Shown in pieces: positions 8,584 to 18,486 of a stretch of 55,110 bases of DNA. Position 1 is the stretch's first letter. Each line of letters starts with the position of its first letter. The notes below the pieces were generated by a model. The model was not told the DNA's origin, did no database searches, and saw only the letters and a program-made list of their open reading frames with translations. Origin of the DNA: a virus (taxonomy: Duplodnaviria; Caudoviricetes); the IMG/VR virus record IMGVR_UViG_3300021197_001923, positions 1-55,110 of that record. The stretch is one strand, 5' to 3'. The position numbers and the translations under genes are program-made.

Positions 8584-11063
8584 TGGCCAAACAAAACACG
8601 GCGCCACGCTACACGTCGATTATGGGCCAGCCTCACATGTTGGCTTACATCAATTCCGATGAAGAAAAGTTGCTGCGATCCCGTGGCGGTATGGGCATTG
8701 CTGGTCCTGCTGGAATTAAAGCCTATCCACCTGGTTCCTCTGGCTATGGAAGCGGTGAAGGCACTGGTTACAGCGGCACAACTAATGACACCTCTGATAA
8801 CGATGATGGCTGGGGTGGCGGTTGGTCAAATAGCGGTGGATCGGTTGGCGGTACTTCTTATCCAGACTATGGCCCACCAGGGACTGGTTCGGGAGGCTCA
8901 GGTGGACCAGGAGGCGGTGGTGATGGCGTAGGCCAGCCTTACGTCCCGCCAAGTTCAGACAACGACGGCGGATCTGGTTCATCAGGATCTGGCAATACCA
9001 ATAATGATGACAATATTGTTGATAACAATAACGATGGCATCGATGACAATTCAATCTGGGGCAACGAAACGCCCTTTATTGACCCGTATGAATACAACGA
9101 CCTCATCATGGAAAAAAACCCAGATGGGACTTGGAAATATTCAGATACAGCTGCCTATGATTTATCAAGCATTGATCCCAATGAGGTTTCAGACTCCGAT
9201 TACCAGCGCTACGAGGCGCTAGAAAATCAGTACTACGTGGCGAACCCCACCAGCAACATCAGTGATACGCAATACACACAACAAAAAAAGGTCGCCCGCA
9301 TTTTAGGCGCATTTGTGGGGCCTTTAGGCTTAGGTTTTAACATCGTTACAGAAATGCAGCGTAAAGGCATTCTACCTGGCCCTATGGCTGGTGTGGAGTT
9401 TCTTCCACGTGAAGATGTGCCCGCTGTTACGAACTCTGATCGTGAAAATCGCATTAATGAAGTTTTAAATGACGAAAACCTAACAGATGAAGAGCAGCAG
9501 GACGCAGTTCAGGATATTTTAACTGAAGACGCCATCGCTGCCGGTGCCGAGAAATTAGCCGCAGAAATCAAAATTCTGCGTGATGGTGCTTATGGGGCGA
9601 ACGAAACCCTTAGCCCAGATGATGTTATAGAAGACCCGTCCGCAATCGTAGGTACAAACACGCTAGCTGATCAGGTGCCTACCATAGACGCCGATACCGA
9701 GGGCACAAACCTTGATGCCGACGCCTTTACGCAACCCGATGATGACATAGAGGCAAATGTAAGTACCGTTGGAGATAGTGATATTACCACGGCTTCTAGC
9801 GTCACAGATGGGACTGCAACTGGCTACACTGCCAATGAAGTTTCAGATAAACTTGATAGTGATTTTTATACCGCCGAGGGCGCCACGGGCGAAGTTAGCG
9901 ACGAGGCGGTGGTCGATGCAGAGCAGATAGACGTTGAGAAAACGGAGAAGGGCCTCAACGCCGTGGGTCGTGCTCTGAATGACTTTGCCCGTATTGATAT
10001 ATCTCGTGTGATTGACACCACTACCGTACAAGGAAAACTTCTTGCCGATAAGCTTGGTGAAGGCGGATATGTTGATAGTAAGGCTACGATCCTCGGCCAG
10101 ATGAAAATCATCTCTGATGAATTTAAGGACAGCAACGGTAATCCAAAAATACCTGCATGGGCTCAAGGTTTATCCCGCAACGTCAGCAAGACGATTGCGT
10201 TCAAAGGCATGTCTGGGACTGCTGCAACAGCTGCAGTTACAAATGCAATGATGGAAGCGTCGTTAGGTGTTGCTGAAAAAGAAGCAGCCTTTTTCCAGAC
10301 GTTAACTACGACAAATTTAAACAACCGGCAGGAAGCGGTAATCAATAAGGCAAACGTACTTGCCAACTTTGAAATGAAAAATCTTGATGCCCGTATGGAA
10401 GCGGCGGTGACGAATGCTCAATCATTTTTGAAAATGGATTTGGCAAATTTAGACCACAAGCAACAGGCTGAAATTGTAAACACGCAGGTCCGAGTGGATG
10501 CTTTGCTGGAAGATAGTAAGGCAGTAAATGCCGCACGTTTGTTTAGAGCCGAAGCTGAAAATGATTTTACAAAATACTACGACAACCTGAACGCTCAGAT
10601 TGAAATGCATACTGCAGAGCAAAAGAACGCAATGGAGCGGTTTAATACAGGTGAATTAAATGACAATGCAGAGTTCAATGCTACGCTGGAGCAAAGGCGT
10701 GAAGAGTTCTACAAGGACATGCAGTATAACGTTGAACTGGCTAATGCTCGCTGGCGTCAAGACGTTACTCTTAAAGAGACAGAAATGGCTTTTGAGGCTG
10801 CAAAGACAGACCTTGATAACTTAATCAGCATCAAAAAAGAGGCGCTTACCCAACTTTGGGACAGGGAAGACGCCTTGCTTGATTACACATGGAAAGCTGC
10901 TGAAAGCGAACTTAACCGTGACGTCGAACGGTACAAAGCTGACCGCAATTACGACGTGAACATGTCCAAAATTAACATGGAAAAAGACCAAGCCACGGGC
11001 GCTGCATGGTTCGAGGGCCTTAAATGGGTCTGGGATGTTGGCGACGGGCTGGACTGGTGGTGA
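8583..11063 (+). CDS. Internal virion (ejection) protein
   Basis: PHMLAYINSDEEKLLRSRGG N-terminal motif, Gly-rich linker, helical Q/N/A-rich C-terminus. Confidence 0.7.
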   Translation: MAKQNTAPRYTSIMGQPHMLAYINSDEEKLLRSRGGMGIAGPAGIKAYPPGSSGYGSGEGTGYSGTTNDTSDNDDGWGGGWSNSGGSVGGTSYPDYGPPGTGSGGSGGPGGGGDGVGQPYVPPSSDNDGGSGSSGSGNTNNDDNIVDNNNDGIDDNSIWGNETPFIDPYEYNDLIMEKNPDGTWKYSDTAAYDLSSIDPNEVSDSDYQRYEALENQYYVANPTSNISDTQYTQQKKVARILGAFVGPLGLGFNIVTEMQRKGILPGPMAGVEFLPREDVPAVTNSDRENRINEVLNDENLTDEEQQDAVQDILTEDAIAAGAEKLAAEIKILRDGAYGANETLSPDDVIEDPSAIVGTNTLADQVPTIDADTEGTNLDADAFTQPDDDIEANVSTVGDSDITTASSVTDGTATGYTANEVSDKLDSDFYTAEGATGEVSDEAVVDAEQIDVEKTEKGLNAVGRALNDFARIDISRVIDTTTVQGKLLADKLGEGGYVDSKATILGQMKIISDEFKDSNGNPKIPAWAQGLSRNVSKTIAFKGMSGTAATAAVTNAMMEASLGVAEKEAAFFQTLTTTNLNNRQEAVINKANVLANFEMKNLDARMEAAVTNAQSFLKMDLANLDHKQQAEIVNTQVRVDALLEDSKAVNAARLFRAEAENDFTKYYDNLNAQIEMHTAEQKNAMERFNTGELNDNAEFNATLEQRREEFYKDMQYNVELANARWRQDVTLKETEMAFEAAKTDLDNLISIKKEALTQLWDREDALLDYTWKAAESELNRDVERYKADRNYDVNMSKINMEKDQATGAAWFEGLKWVWDVGDGLDWW

Positions 11064-11067
11064 TCAA

Positions 11068-11244
11068 ATGAAATTACGCTCCGCAATCGAAAGATCAATT
11101 CGACAATTTTATAACGGTAACTTGCCTGATGAGGCCATCGATGCCTCTGAGGACGAATATATCTACACGCTCGAATACCTAGAAAACATTTTTAAAGAGC
11201 AAGACGAAGACAAAGCTGAGGAGGAAGACGACGATGAAGTTTGA
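11068..11244 (+). CDS. Small acidic hypothetical protein
   Basis: ATG just after the upstream stop; coupled to the next gene. Confidence 0.6.
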   Translation: MKLRSAIERSIRQFYNGNLPDEAIDASEDEYIYTLEYLENIFKEQDEDKAEEEDDDEV

Positions 11245-11761
11245 TGGTCCAATTCCTGGCGAGAACTTTACCTCTGAGGTTAAAAATTATCCTTGGCATC
11301 GCCCCGCCGATGAAACTGATTTTGTTCGTATAGTCGATAAATCTATTAAGAAAATGGCAACCAAGGAGCGCACTGGATTAATCCTGTCAGCGCTTGAAAG
11401 TGGTGAAACTATTCTGGATTTTGTAGCCGGCACAGCCCGTGTTTCAGTCGGTAACGGACGATTACCCATCGACATGGCGATATTAGCCGCTGGGCCCATT
11501 GCCAGATACATTGAGAGCCTCGCTGAAGGGGCTGGAATAGAATTTGAACGTGGTTGGGAGCAAGACCCACCAATGCTTACGTCAGCAAAGCTACGGGCCT
11601 ACGGAGGCACTGTGGCGGAAGTTGAAGAAAAAGACGCCGAAGAAACTTCTGAAACCGGCGATGATGCCAGCGGCTTGATGTCGTACTCTGATCAAACAGC
11701 GCCAGAGGATGAACAAGCAGCCATGCTGGGCTTTTTAGGCGAAGAGGAAGCTGAAGAATGA
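11234..11761 (+). CDS. Conserved virion-associated protein
   Basis: FDGPIPGENFT...YPWHRP N-terminal motif of podophage internal-protein clusters. Confidence 0.7.
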   Translation: MKFDGPIPGENFTSEVKNYPWHRPADETDFVRIVDKSIKKMATKERTGLILSALESGETILDFVAGTARVSVGNGRLPIDMAILAAGPIARYIESLAEGAGIEFERGWEQDPPMLTSAKLRAYGGTVAEVEEKDAEETSETGDDASGLMSYSDQTAPEDEQAAMLGFLGEEEAEE

Positions 11762-14001
11762 GCATGGTATTTGCCGGCTTTATGGCCGCACGAAAAGAAG
11801 ATCGTCTTCGTCGTGAAAAGGTTGAACTCGAAGAACAACGATTGCAGGACGATCGGGACTGGCAGTTAAAACTAAAAGACCTGACCAAATATGATGAGCA
11901 AAAGAAAAAAGACGACGAGCTCGCTAAAAATGTCGATTTTTTCATGTCGTCCTATAAAATTGAAAGCAAGTATCGCCCTTCTGTAGCGCAGTATATCGAA
12001 AGCGTTGGGCTTACAGACACCATGTCGATGTTTGACGATGGAAAGCTTAAATTTGATCCTGGCCGTAAATACGATGCCAATACCTTCATGCCAGAATTTG
12101 AGGAGCTCACAAGCAAGTATAACCTTCCTGAAGGTTATTTGGTCACCACAGGGATGCTTGAAAGCAAACTTAATCCTTTGGCTAAAAATCCAGATTCATC
12201 GGCATCTGGAATGTTCCAGTTTACGACTGATGTTGCATCGCAATACAAAGTAGATGTTAACGATTGGAAGTCATCAGCAGATGGCGCAGCACGACTAGCT
12301 CGTGATAACTTTAATACTCTGGCTCAGATGCTTGGCAGGGAGCCTACAGCAGCCGAATTGTATCTAGCACACCAGCAAGGTGCCACAGGGGCCGCAAACC
12401 TTCTTAAAAGCCCATCAAAACTCGCAGCTGATATTGTTGGCTCTGATGCCGTAAAATTAAACGGCGGCAAGCTGGATATGACCGCTGAAGAATTTTCCGA
12501 AACTTGGATTGATAAATACCACGGCGAAAGCCAGTCTGGTCTGGCGGCTCTGACAGCCACCCCAGCTAAAGTGACCACCGGTGACGCTGTAGATAAGCCA
12601 AAATCTTACGATGATTATGCCGAGAAAGCAGGCAATTACACCAATGCCCTGCGGCAGGTGAGCATCGCTGAGATGGATCAAGCACCGCAGGAGGTCGTAG
12701 AACGTCTGCAGAAGCTCGCCGATTCAATGTTGAAAAAAGAGATCCGTGAGAAAGAAATCGAAGCCGGTGTTAACGTCAAAGAAGTTATCGAAGCAGTAGT
12801 TACCAATGAAGACGGCAGCAAGCATGTATCAATGGTTACGTTTGATACTGATGGCAAAACTTACGTTGATACCAAAGAGGTGAACGCTCGGCGCATGAGC
12901 GAAACGGAAACTGAACAATATTTCAAGGTGCCCGCTCAGACGCAAAAAACTGCCCGTGATTACAGTAATGGCACAGTTGCTATGGCAGAGGGCCTACGCA
13001 ATGCACAACAACTTATGGACCTCGCTGAACGTCAGCCAGGCGTCATTTCGTTTGAAGGCGATCTGGCTCAATTTATTACTGGTACTGCTCGAAGCGGTGG
13101 CTCCATTCTCAGCGTTACAAACCGTCTGTTTGATAACAAAGACACCACTGAGGCTGAGGTATATTTAACGCAGGACGAGCTAGAAGCCGCACTACGTGAA
13201 GAAGGCGTATATACGGGCGAAAAGTCATTTTCTGAAATGAACCCTGAAGAGTTCGTGGACAGTTTGATTTCTTCCAACGTTCAATCGCTATCGCAAGACA
13301 CTACTGTGTTCGAGGCACAGATGATTGCATTAGCATTCCGTGTTGGTCGGTTAGAAGGGCAAAGTGGCAACGCTATGTCCAACAAAGACTTTGACCGCAT
13401 CATGGAAATGGTTGGGGATTCAAAAGGAGATGTTGGCGCCTTTAAGCGTATTCTTCACGAATACATGCGCTCTAAAATCAAATCTCATGATGACAGGGTA
13501 CAAACCTTTAATACTGTTGCCAGTGGTTATGGGCAGTTTGAAAAAGTTTATAAATACGTGCCCTATGAAAAGCCTAAAACCTTGGCCGATTATGTACTCG
13601 CCCGTGAGGATGATGAGCTAGCATCAGCGGTGGAACTATTCCGATCGCCATTAGCAAGCAGCGCACCTGTTTCGCAGGATGATACAGATGCTGCAACAGC
13701 AAACGCTGGGCTTTCTGACGATGACATGGGTTTGCCGCAAGAGCCAATAGAAGAAACATCCGCAGAAAATACTGTAGCCATACCTCTAGAAAACAAAGTG
13801 GAATGGGCAAATCAATTTGGCGGCACCGCTGATGAAAAGCGCATGACCGAAAATATGAAGAAGCTGTATGACTCCAATAAAGACGAAAATGTAGGAGAAA
13901 TTATCCTGCAATATCTCACCGATGAAGCAGCATATCTATCAAAACAACATGGCATCGAACTTACCGCCGATGACCTGATTGCATTCGCTGAGGGCAAATG
14001 A
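11758..14001 (+). CDS. Internal virion protein with lytic transglycosylase (SLT-like) domain
   Basis: LESKLNPLAKN...ASGMFQF...LYLAHQQG. Confidence 0.82.
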   Translation: MSMVFAGFMAARKEDRLRREKVELEEQRLQDDRDWQLKLKDLTKYDEQKKKDDELAKNVDFFMSSYKIESKYRPSVAQYIESVGLTDTMSMFDDGKLKFDPGRKYDANTFMPEFEELTSKYNLPEGYLVTTGMLESKLNPLAKNPDSSASGMFQFTTDVASQYKVDVNDWKSSADGAARLARDNFNTLAQMLGREPTAAELYLAHQQGATGAANLLKSPSKLAADIVGSDAVKLNGGKLDMTAEEFSETWIDKYHGESQSGLAALTATPAKVTTGDAVDKPKSYDDYAEKAGNYTNALRQVSIAEMDQAPQEVVERLQKLADSMLKKEIREKEIEAGVNVKEVIEAVVTNEDGSKHVSMVTFDTDGKTYVDTKEVNARRMSETETEQYFKVPAQTQKTARDYSNGTVAMAEGLRNAQQLMDLAERQPGVISFEGDLAQFITGTARSGGSILSVTNRLFDNKDTTEAEVYLTQDELEAALREEGVYTGEKSFSEMNPEEFVDSLISSNVQSLSQDTTVFEAQMIALAFRVGRLEGQSGNAMSNKDFDRIMEMVGDSKGDVGAFKRILHEYMRSKIKSHDDRVQTFNTVASGYGQFEKVYKYVPYEKPKTLADYVLAREDDELASAVELFRSPLASSAPVSQDDTDAATANAGLSDDDMGLPQEPIEETSAENTVAIPLENKVEWANQFGGTADEKRMTENMKKLYDSNKDENVGEIILQYLTDEAAYLSKQHGIELTADDLIAFAEGK

Positions 14002-17000
14002 TGGCTAGCTTTGATTACGAAAAATACGGACTAACACGGCCTGGGGAAGAAGCAACCAAAAGCAGTGAACCTGTAGATACGCAAACTGAAGATACCAGTG
14101 ATGCGTATTACGAGGCGCTAACTGCGGGGCAGAAGATTGCCTTCGATAGTATGGAGCCCGAACTTCAAAACATGTATCGTGAAAACCCTGTACTTACCGT
14201 CAGGGACGAAGGCGATACTAACCCCAGTTCAGCTGGTGAAGATGATGACGTCGTATTTGTAGGCACACGTCGTACCGTTGATGTAACCGACCAAATTAAG
14301 GACGTGGCAGAGGCTGCGGATGATAATACTTACGAAGCGTTATATCCAGATGCAGCGACCATAAAGCCATCTACTACTATCAAAGCAAAAGCATTTGATT
14401 TTATAAACCTATTGTTTCCCGATATGCCTGAGCAGGACGCACAAGCTGAGTTCAAAAAACAGTCCGCAGACAGAAAGAAGTTTCTGGAAGAAGCGCAGAA
14501 AGTTTACGAAGATATTGGCTTTGAGCGTGATGGTGAACGTGTGCTTGAGGAATGGGATGTAGATAAAGATGGAAATCTAACCCTTTTAAATACAACATTA
14601 ATTCCATCCCCCGATAGCACCGAATGGCAAAGGGTAATGACTAACACTGGGCGCAATATACAGGCGCAAGTGGGTGGCTTATTGACCGAAGGCGCTATTG
14701 CTTCTGAAAGTGACTTTGAGCGCAGCATACCAACCTTCGAGCAATCTAGCGGCGAAGACTTTGTGACGGATATATTGACGTTTGGTTTACCTGCCGTGGG
14801 TGCCCAGCGCCTTGTAAAAGGTACTCGTGCTTTAGCGGCAGCGACTATTATACCCCAGCAAGTATTGAATTTATCAAAAGTCACTGCTGCTACCCGCTAC
14901 CTAACAAATACATTGGGCGTTGCGTTTTCTGATGCGGTAATAGCATCCGGAGAAGATCAAGGATTTATTGATCCAAAGGTTATTGAACAGCGGTTTGGTA
15001 TGTCTTCAGAAGACGCTCGTGATGCAGCTTTATTTTTTGAAAGTATGGCATTTTCCGGTGCAATGGACGGAATTGCTTCAGTTGCCGGTATATTTGGCGG
15101 ATTTGGAAAAAGACGTGTAGAGGGTGTTCGAGCTTTTACCAGCAAAGACTTTATTCGCAATAAATCTGCACAAGGTGCAATGATGGGAGTGGTAAATTTA
15201 CTAGACCCATCAATAGCTAAGGCATCGAAGTTTAACCAAAAGCGTAAATTGGCTGCTATGGCAGATATGTTATCAAACAACGCAATGCTCAAGCTGTCAG
15301 CGGGTGATGTAGAGGCGTTAATACCCTCTGACTCAGCAACCGCTGTATTAAACGGCGCCAAAAAATATATCGCCAACACTCGGTCGGACATGCGCCGCAA
15401 GCTATCACAGGATGAGTTTTTTAAATACGTCGATGAAGAAGCTGGCAAGATGGCTTTAACGATGATTGAGATCGCCCGCACACGGGCTGGTGACCCCGCT
15501 ACAGTTGCTGCGCAGGGGCGGACCATGAAAGGGTTTGAGAACTTTTTAAACAAAGTTTCTGTCAGGAAAATCCCCGAAGGCCAATCAATACAGGAAGCAC
15601 TAGAAGGCTCGATTAATGACCTTGTCAGCTTGCGTAATAGCCAAGTAGATGATGCAGCTTCAGATGTCGTTATAACATCTGTAGCCAAGGACCAAGCGCA
15701 GGACGCTGTCGATAACTCCATCATGCAGGTTCCAGAGTTACAGAAACTCATGGAAGGGACACCAGACGTATTTAATTCTCAAGCATTTTATGACCGCCTA
15801 ACTAAGTCTATGACTGGGCTGGAAGGCTCAGGGTCTTTGCTTGAGCAGTACAAAAAGACGTGGGATGAAGTTCAAGCCGCTTATAAGGCTGTGCCAAACG
15901 TACCAATTGATCTGAACCTGTTTAAGTCGGAGCTTGATATAGCTTTAGCATCGGCAGGACCCTTAGACACAAGTGGGCCTGCGATCCGCAAAGTATTAGG
16001 TGACATCGAAAAGATATTTAAACCTAAAAAGATCGGTTCGGAGCAAGTTGTAGATCCGCTTGGAGACCCCCGTTCACCAGCTACTCGTGACATCATGCAA
16101 ACCAAAGAAGACTTGATGGAAGGTTTGTCGGAAATCGGTTTTCAGGATTTGTTAAAGTTTAAGCAAAGCTTAGAGCAGTCGATCAGCAAAATGCCTGACA
16201 GCGAGGCTCGAAGAAGTCTAGAGCAATTTGCAAGGCACATTACTGACAGTGATGCGGGTCAGTTAGCCTTTGTGGCCAACAGCGTTGATAGCGAGGCCGC
16301 AGAAGCAGCACAGACGGCGATCAACAAGTTTATTGATGCCAAAGGTAAGTTTGAAAACTCTACCCCGATGCAGCAATTTTCGCAGGGGGCCAGAGTGGTC
16401 ACAGGTAAGGGTATGAATACAGCAGTATCAGGAGATGGTGCTATGCGTGGGATGCCTGACCTGCAAAAGTTCTCGACCACAGACATGCCTGGATTGCTTG
16501 TTTCGGACAAATCTGGGGCTTGGATGCGTAATTATGTGACGGCGATGGGTGGAGGCGACAATGCTGCACTACAGCCGATGCGTGAACTTGCTGAAGCACA
16601 GGCGCAGTATGAGCTTGTACAGGCTATGCGCAGCGGCAGTAGTGATCAGGTCAATCAGATATTTGATGTGCTTAATGGCAACCGCTCAACGCTCGACGCT
16701 CTTAATTCAACGTTAGTAGATGATTTGCAGAAAGTCGCAAAAGATTTGCGAATAAAGCAAACTGAATTGGGCGACGATCTGGCCGGTGCAGATGATGCTT
16801 TAAGGTCCGCCAAAGAGCGCTTGGCAAAAGCGGAAAACAGCATTCTTGAAAGCTTTATTTCTGATAATTTTCCAGACATGCCGGTATCAAATCCTAAAGA
16901 AGCGTTGACGCTTATGATGACCGACAGCGTTGATGGTGCAAATAAAATTGCCAGTTTGCTTGATGAGGTTAGTAAACTGCCTCCAGAGCAAGCTATGGCT

Positions 17001-17684
17001 GTCAGAGGGGCTATGAAGGGGGCCGTAGTCGATAGCCTCGTCACAGAAGTATTTGGTGCCACACCAATGTCAGTGGTGGGTGATGCGGCCGCATTTAATA
17101 CAAAGATAGGACGTTTAAAAAACGTATTGGATCGCAAGGGTAATGATTTTCTTGGCGGCCTAAGAGTCATGTTCAAGGATGATCCAGAGGCCCTGCAGGG
17201 TGTTGAATTGGCTTTGACGGGCCTTATGCGCCAAAACGTGCCTTCACGCATCAAAATCAATCAGGCGGGATCTGACACAGCCTTCAATCAGCAAATGATC
17301 GATGAAGTTAGTGACAGCGTATCGGCTGGGGTGCTTTTAATATTTGGATACATGACACCGGCGGGTGCCTTGGCTCGCAATGTATCTCGTGGTCGGATCA
17401 AAGAAATGGAAGGATTAGCCAAAACTGTTGGTGATGAAACACTCGCATTGATTATTTCCAACCCAGTAGAATTTGGGCAGATGGTACGAGATGTCTCAAA
17501 AGCACAAAGCAGAGGCGCCAAGGAAGCAATCGCCAGAACATATGTTGAAACTGTAACGCATGGATTGGGCTATCAATTGCGTATCGATGAGACTGGAGAA
17601 AAACCTGTGCCTTTGGATCAGCAAATGATTGACCTTGGCGGACAAGCTCAACAAGTTGTGAATGAGGTTATACCCCAGCAGTAA
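13998..17684 (+). CDS. Large internal virion (ejection) protein
   Basis: 1228 aa helical protein ending the structural operon. Confidence 0.7.
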   Translation: MMASFDYEKYGLTRPGEEATKSSEPVDTQTEDTSDAYYEALTAGQKIAFDSMEPELQNMYRENPVLTVRDEGDTNPSSAGEDDDVVFVGTRRTVDVTDQIKDVAEAADDNTYEALYPDAATIKPSTTIKAKAFDFINLLFPDMPEQDAQAEFKKQSADRKKFLEEAQKVYEDIGFERDGERVLEEWDVDKDGNLTLLNTTLIPSPDSTEWQRVMTNTGRNIQAQVGGLLTEGAIASESDFERSIPTFEQSSGEDFVTDILTFGLPAVGAQRLVKGTRALAAATIIPQQVLNLSKVTAATRYLTNTLGVAFSDAVIASGEDQGFIDPKVIEQRFGMSSEDARDAALFFESMAFSGAMDGIASVAGIFGGFGKRRVEGVRAFTSKDFIRNKSAQGAMMGVVNLLDPSIAKASKFNQKRKLAAMADMLSNNAMLKLSAGDVEALIPSDSATAVLNGAKKYIANTRSDMRRKLSQDEFFKYVDEEAGKMALTMIEIARTRAGDPATVAAQGRTMKGFENFLNKVSVRKIPEGQSIQEALEGSINDLVSLRNSQVDDAASDVVITSVAKDQAQDAVDNSIMQVPELQKLMEGTPDVFNSQAFYDRLTKSMTGLEGSGSLLEQYKKTWDEVQAAYKAVPNVPIDLNLFKSELDIALASAGPLDTSGPAIRKVLGDIEKIFKPKKIGSEQVVDPLGDPRSPATRDIMQTKEDLMEGLSEIGFQDLLKFKQSLEQSISKMPDSEARRSLEQFARHITDSDAGQLAFVANSVDSEAAEAAQTAINKFIDAKGKFENSTPMQQFSQGARVVTGKGMNTAVSGDGAMRGMPDLQKFSTTDMPGLLVSDKSGAWMRNYVTAMGGGDNAALQPMRELAEAQAQYELVQAMRSGSSDQVNQIFDVLNGNRSTLDALNSTLVDDLQKVAKDLRIKQTELGDDLAGADDALRSAKERLAKAENSILESFISDNFPDMPVSNPKEALTLMMTDSVDGANKIASLLDEVSKLPPEQAMAVRGAMKGAVVDSLVTEVFGATPMSVVGDAAAFNTKIGRLKNVLDRKGNDFLGGLRVMFKDDPEALQGVELALTGLMRQNVPSRIKINQAGSDTAFNQQMIDEVSDSVSAGVLLIFGYMTPAGALARNVSRGRIKEMEGLAKTVGDETLALIISNPVEFGQMVRDVSKAQSRGAKEAIARTYVETVTHGLGYQLRIDETGEKPVPLDQQMIDLGGQAQQVVNEVIPQQ

Positions 17685-17758
17685 AGAAAAACCCTCGTAA
17701 CTTTCGCTACGAGGGCCTCATATCTAACTAAACGACAAGGTGACCAAACCCTGTGTCC
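17683..17758 (-). ncRNA. Candidate trans-acting antisense sRNA-A (~75 nt)
   Basis: Own promoter; 5' hairpin with UUUGGUCA loop; terminator CCCUCGUAGC-GAAA-GUUACGAGGG-UUUUU; complementary blocks at 20448-20491 and 26264-26294. Confidence 0.7.
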
Positions 17759-17764
17759 AATGTT

Positions 17765-17800
17765 TATATAGCAATACGCTAGCACTTAATAAAGTTTTAA
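17765..17800 (-). promoter_or_regulatory. sRNA-A promoter overlapped by a CtrA-type box
   Basis: TTTATT-17-TATATA with TGn; TTAA-N7-TTAA at 17786-17800. Confidence 0.5.
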
Positions 17801-17927
17801 ATGCACCAAACTACGCAAAAGTTTACATATTTATATAGCTGTATACACGTTTTTGATTATTGACGATTACAAGTGCACTACAAATTAGTTTAGAAGCATT
17901 TAGGTACATTTTATGTATATTTTACAG

Positions 17928-17962
17928 ACGCTTTTGCTGAACTACAGCAGGAGCGTTTTTTT
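17928..17962 (+). terminator. Intrinsic terminator
   Basis: ACGCTTTTGCTG/CAGCAGGAGCGT stem followed by a T run. Confidence 0.65.
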
Positions 17963-17988
17963 GTGATTTTTCGCTTTTCTGGCTAATT

Positions 17989-18010
17989 TTGTCACATCAC
18001 TGTTACAAAA
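17989..18010. repeat. 22-bp element, exact inverted copy at 33567-33588
   Basis: TTGTCACATCACTGTTACAAAA. Confidence 0.9.
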
Positions 18011-18231
18011 GGCTGGCAAATCGAAGGGAGCATCACAAGTCGTCGGATACAGCAACTAATCCACAAAAACATACAATTTGCCCCACAGCTGTAGATTCGG
18101 ATATTGTGAGAGCACAGTCTCGTAATGAAGAGACTTAATCGTGGAGTGCAGTCTGACCAGCCGCTTATACTCCGCAAATTTGAACTTTTGAAGTCCACAT
18201 GAGGGTTTCATATTTAACTAAAGGGATGTCT

Positions 18232-18459
18232 ATGAAAATGACACCACACATGGCCATTGAAAAGGGCCAGAAACTACTCGAACAGTCAATAAAAATGGAA
18301 GAACAAGGTCAGGCACTTATCGATGCCGGCTTTGCAGATGGTCGAGATCAACTGGTTTACGAAAGTGCCTTCGGCGGCTGGAATGTCGATGACGTTCACA
18401 ACACCGATGATTATCACTACGATCCATCAATCGATTTTTTGATTACAAATGCAGCTTAA
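18232..18459 (+). CDS. Hypothetical protein
   Basis: AAGGGA RBS; followed by a terminator. Confidence 0.55.
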   Translation: MKMTPHMAIEKGQKLLEQSIKMEEQGQALIDAGFADGRDQLVYESAFGGWNVDDVHNTDDYHYDPSIDFLITNAA

Positions 18460-18461
18460 TT

Positions 18462-18486
18462 AAGGCCCCTTCGGGGGCCTTTTTTA
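18462..18486. terminator. Terminator between convergent genes
   Basis: AAGGCCCC-TTCG-GGGGCCTT-TTTT. Confidence 0.85.

Noticed and set aside
14504-17521. Long minus-strand ORFs (e.g. 264 aa, 201 aa) and similar ones elsewhere
   Set aside because: Antisense shadows of real genes.
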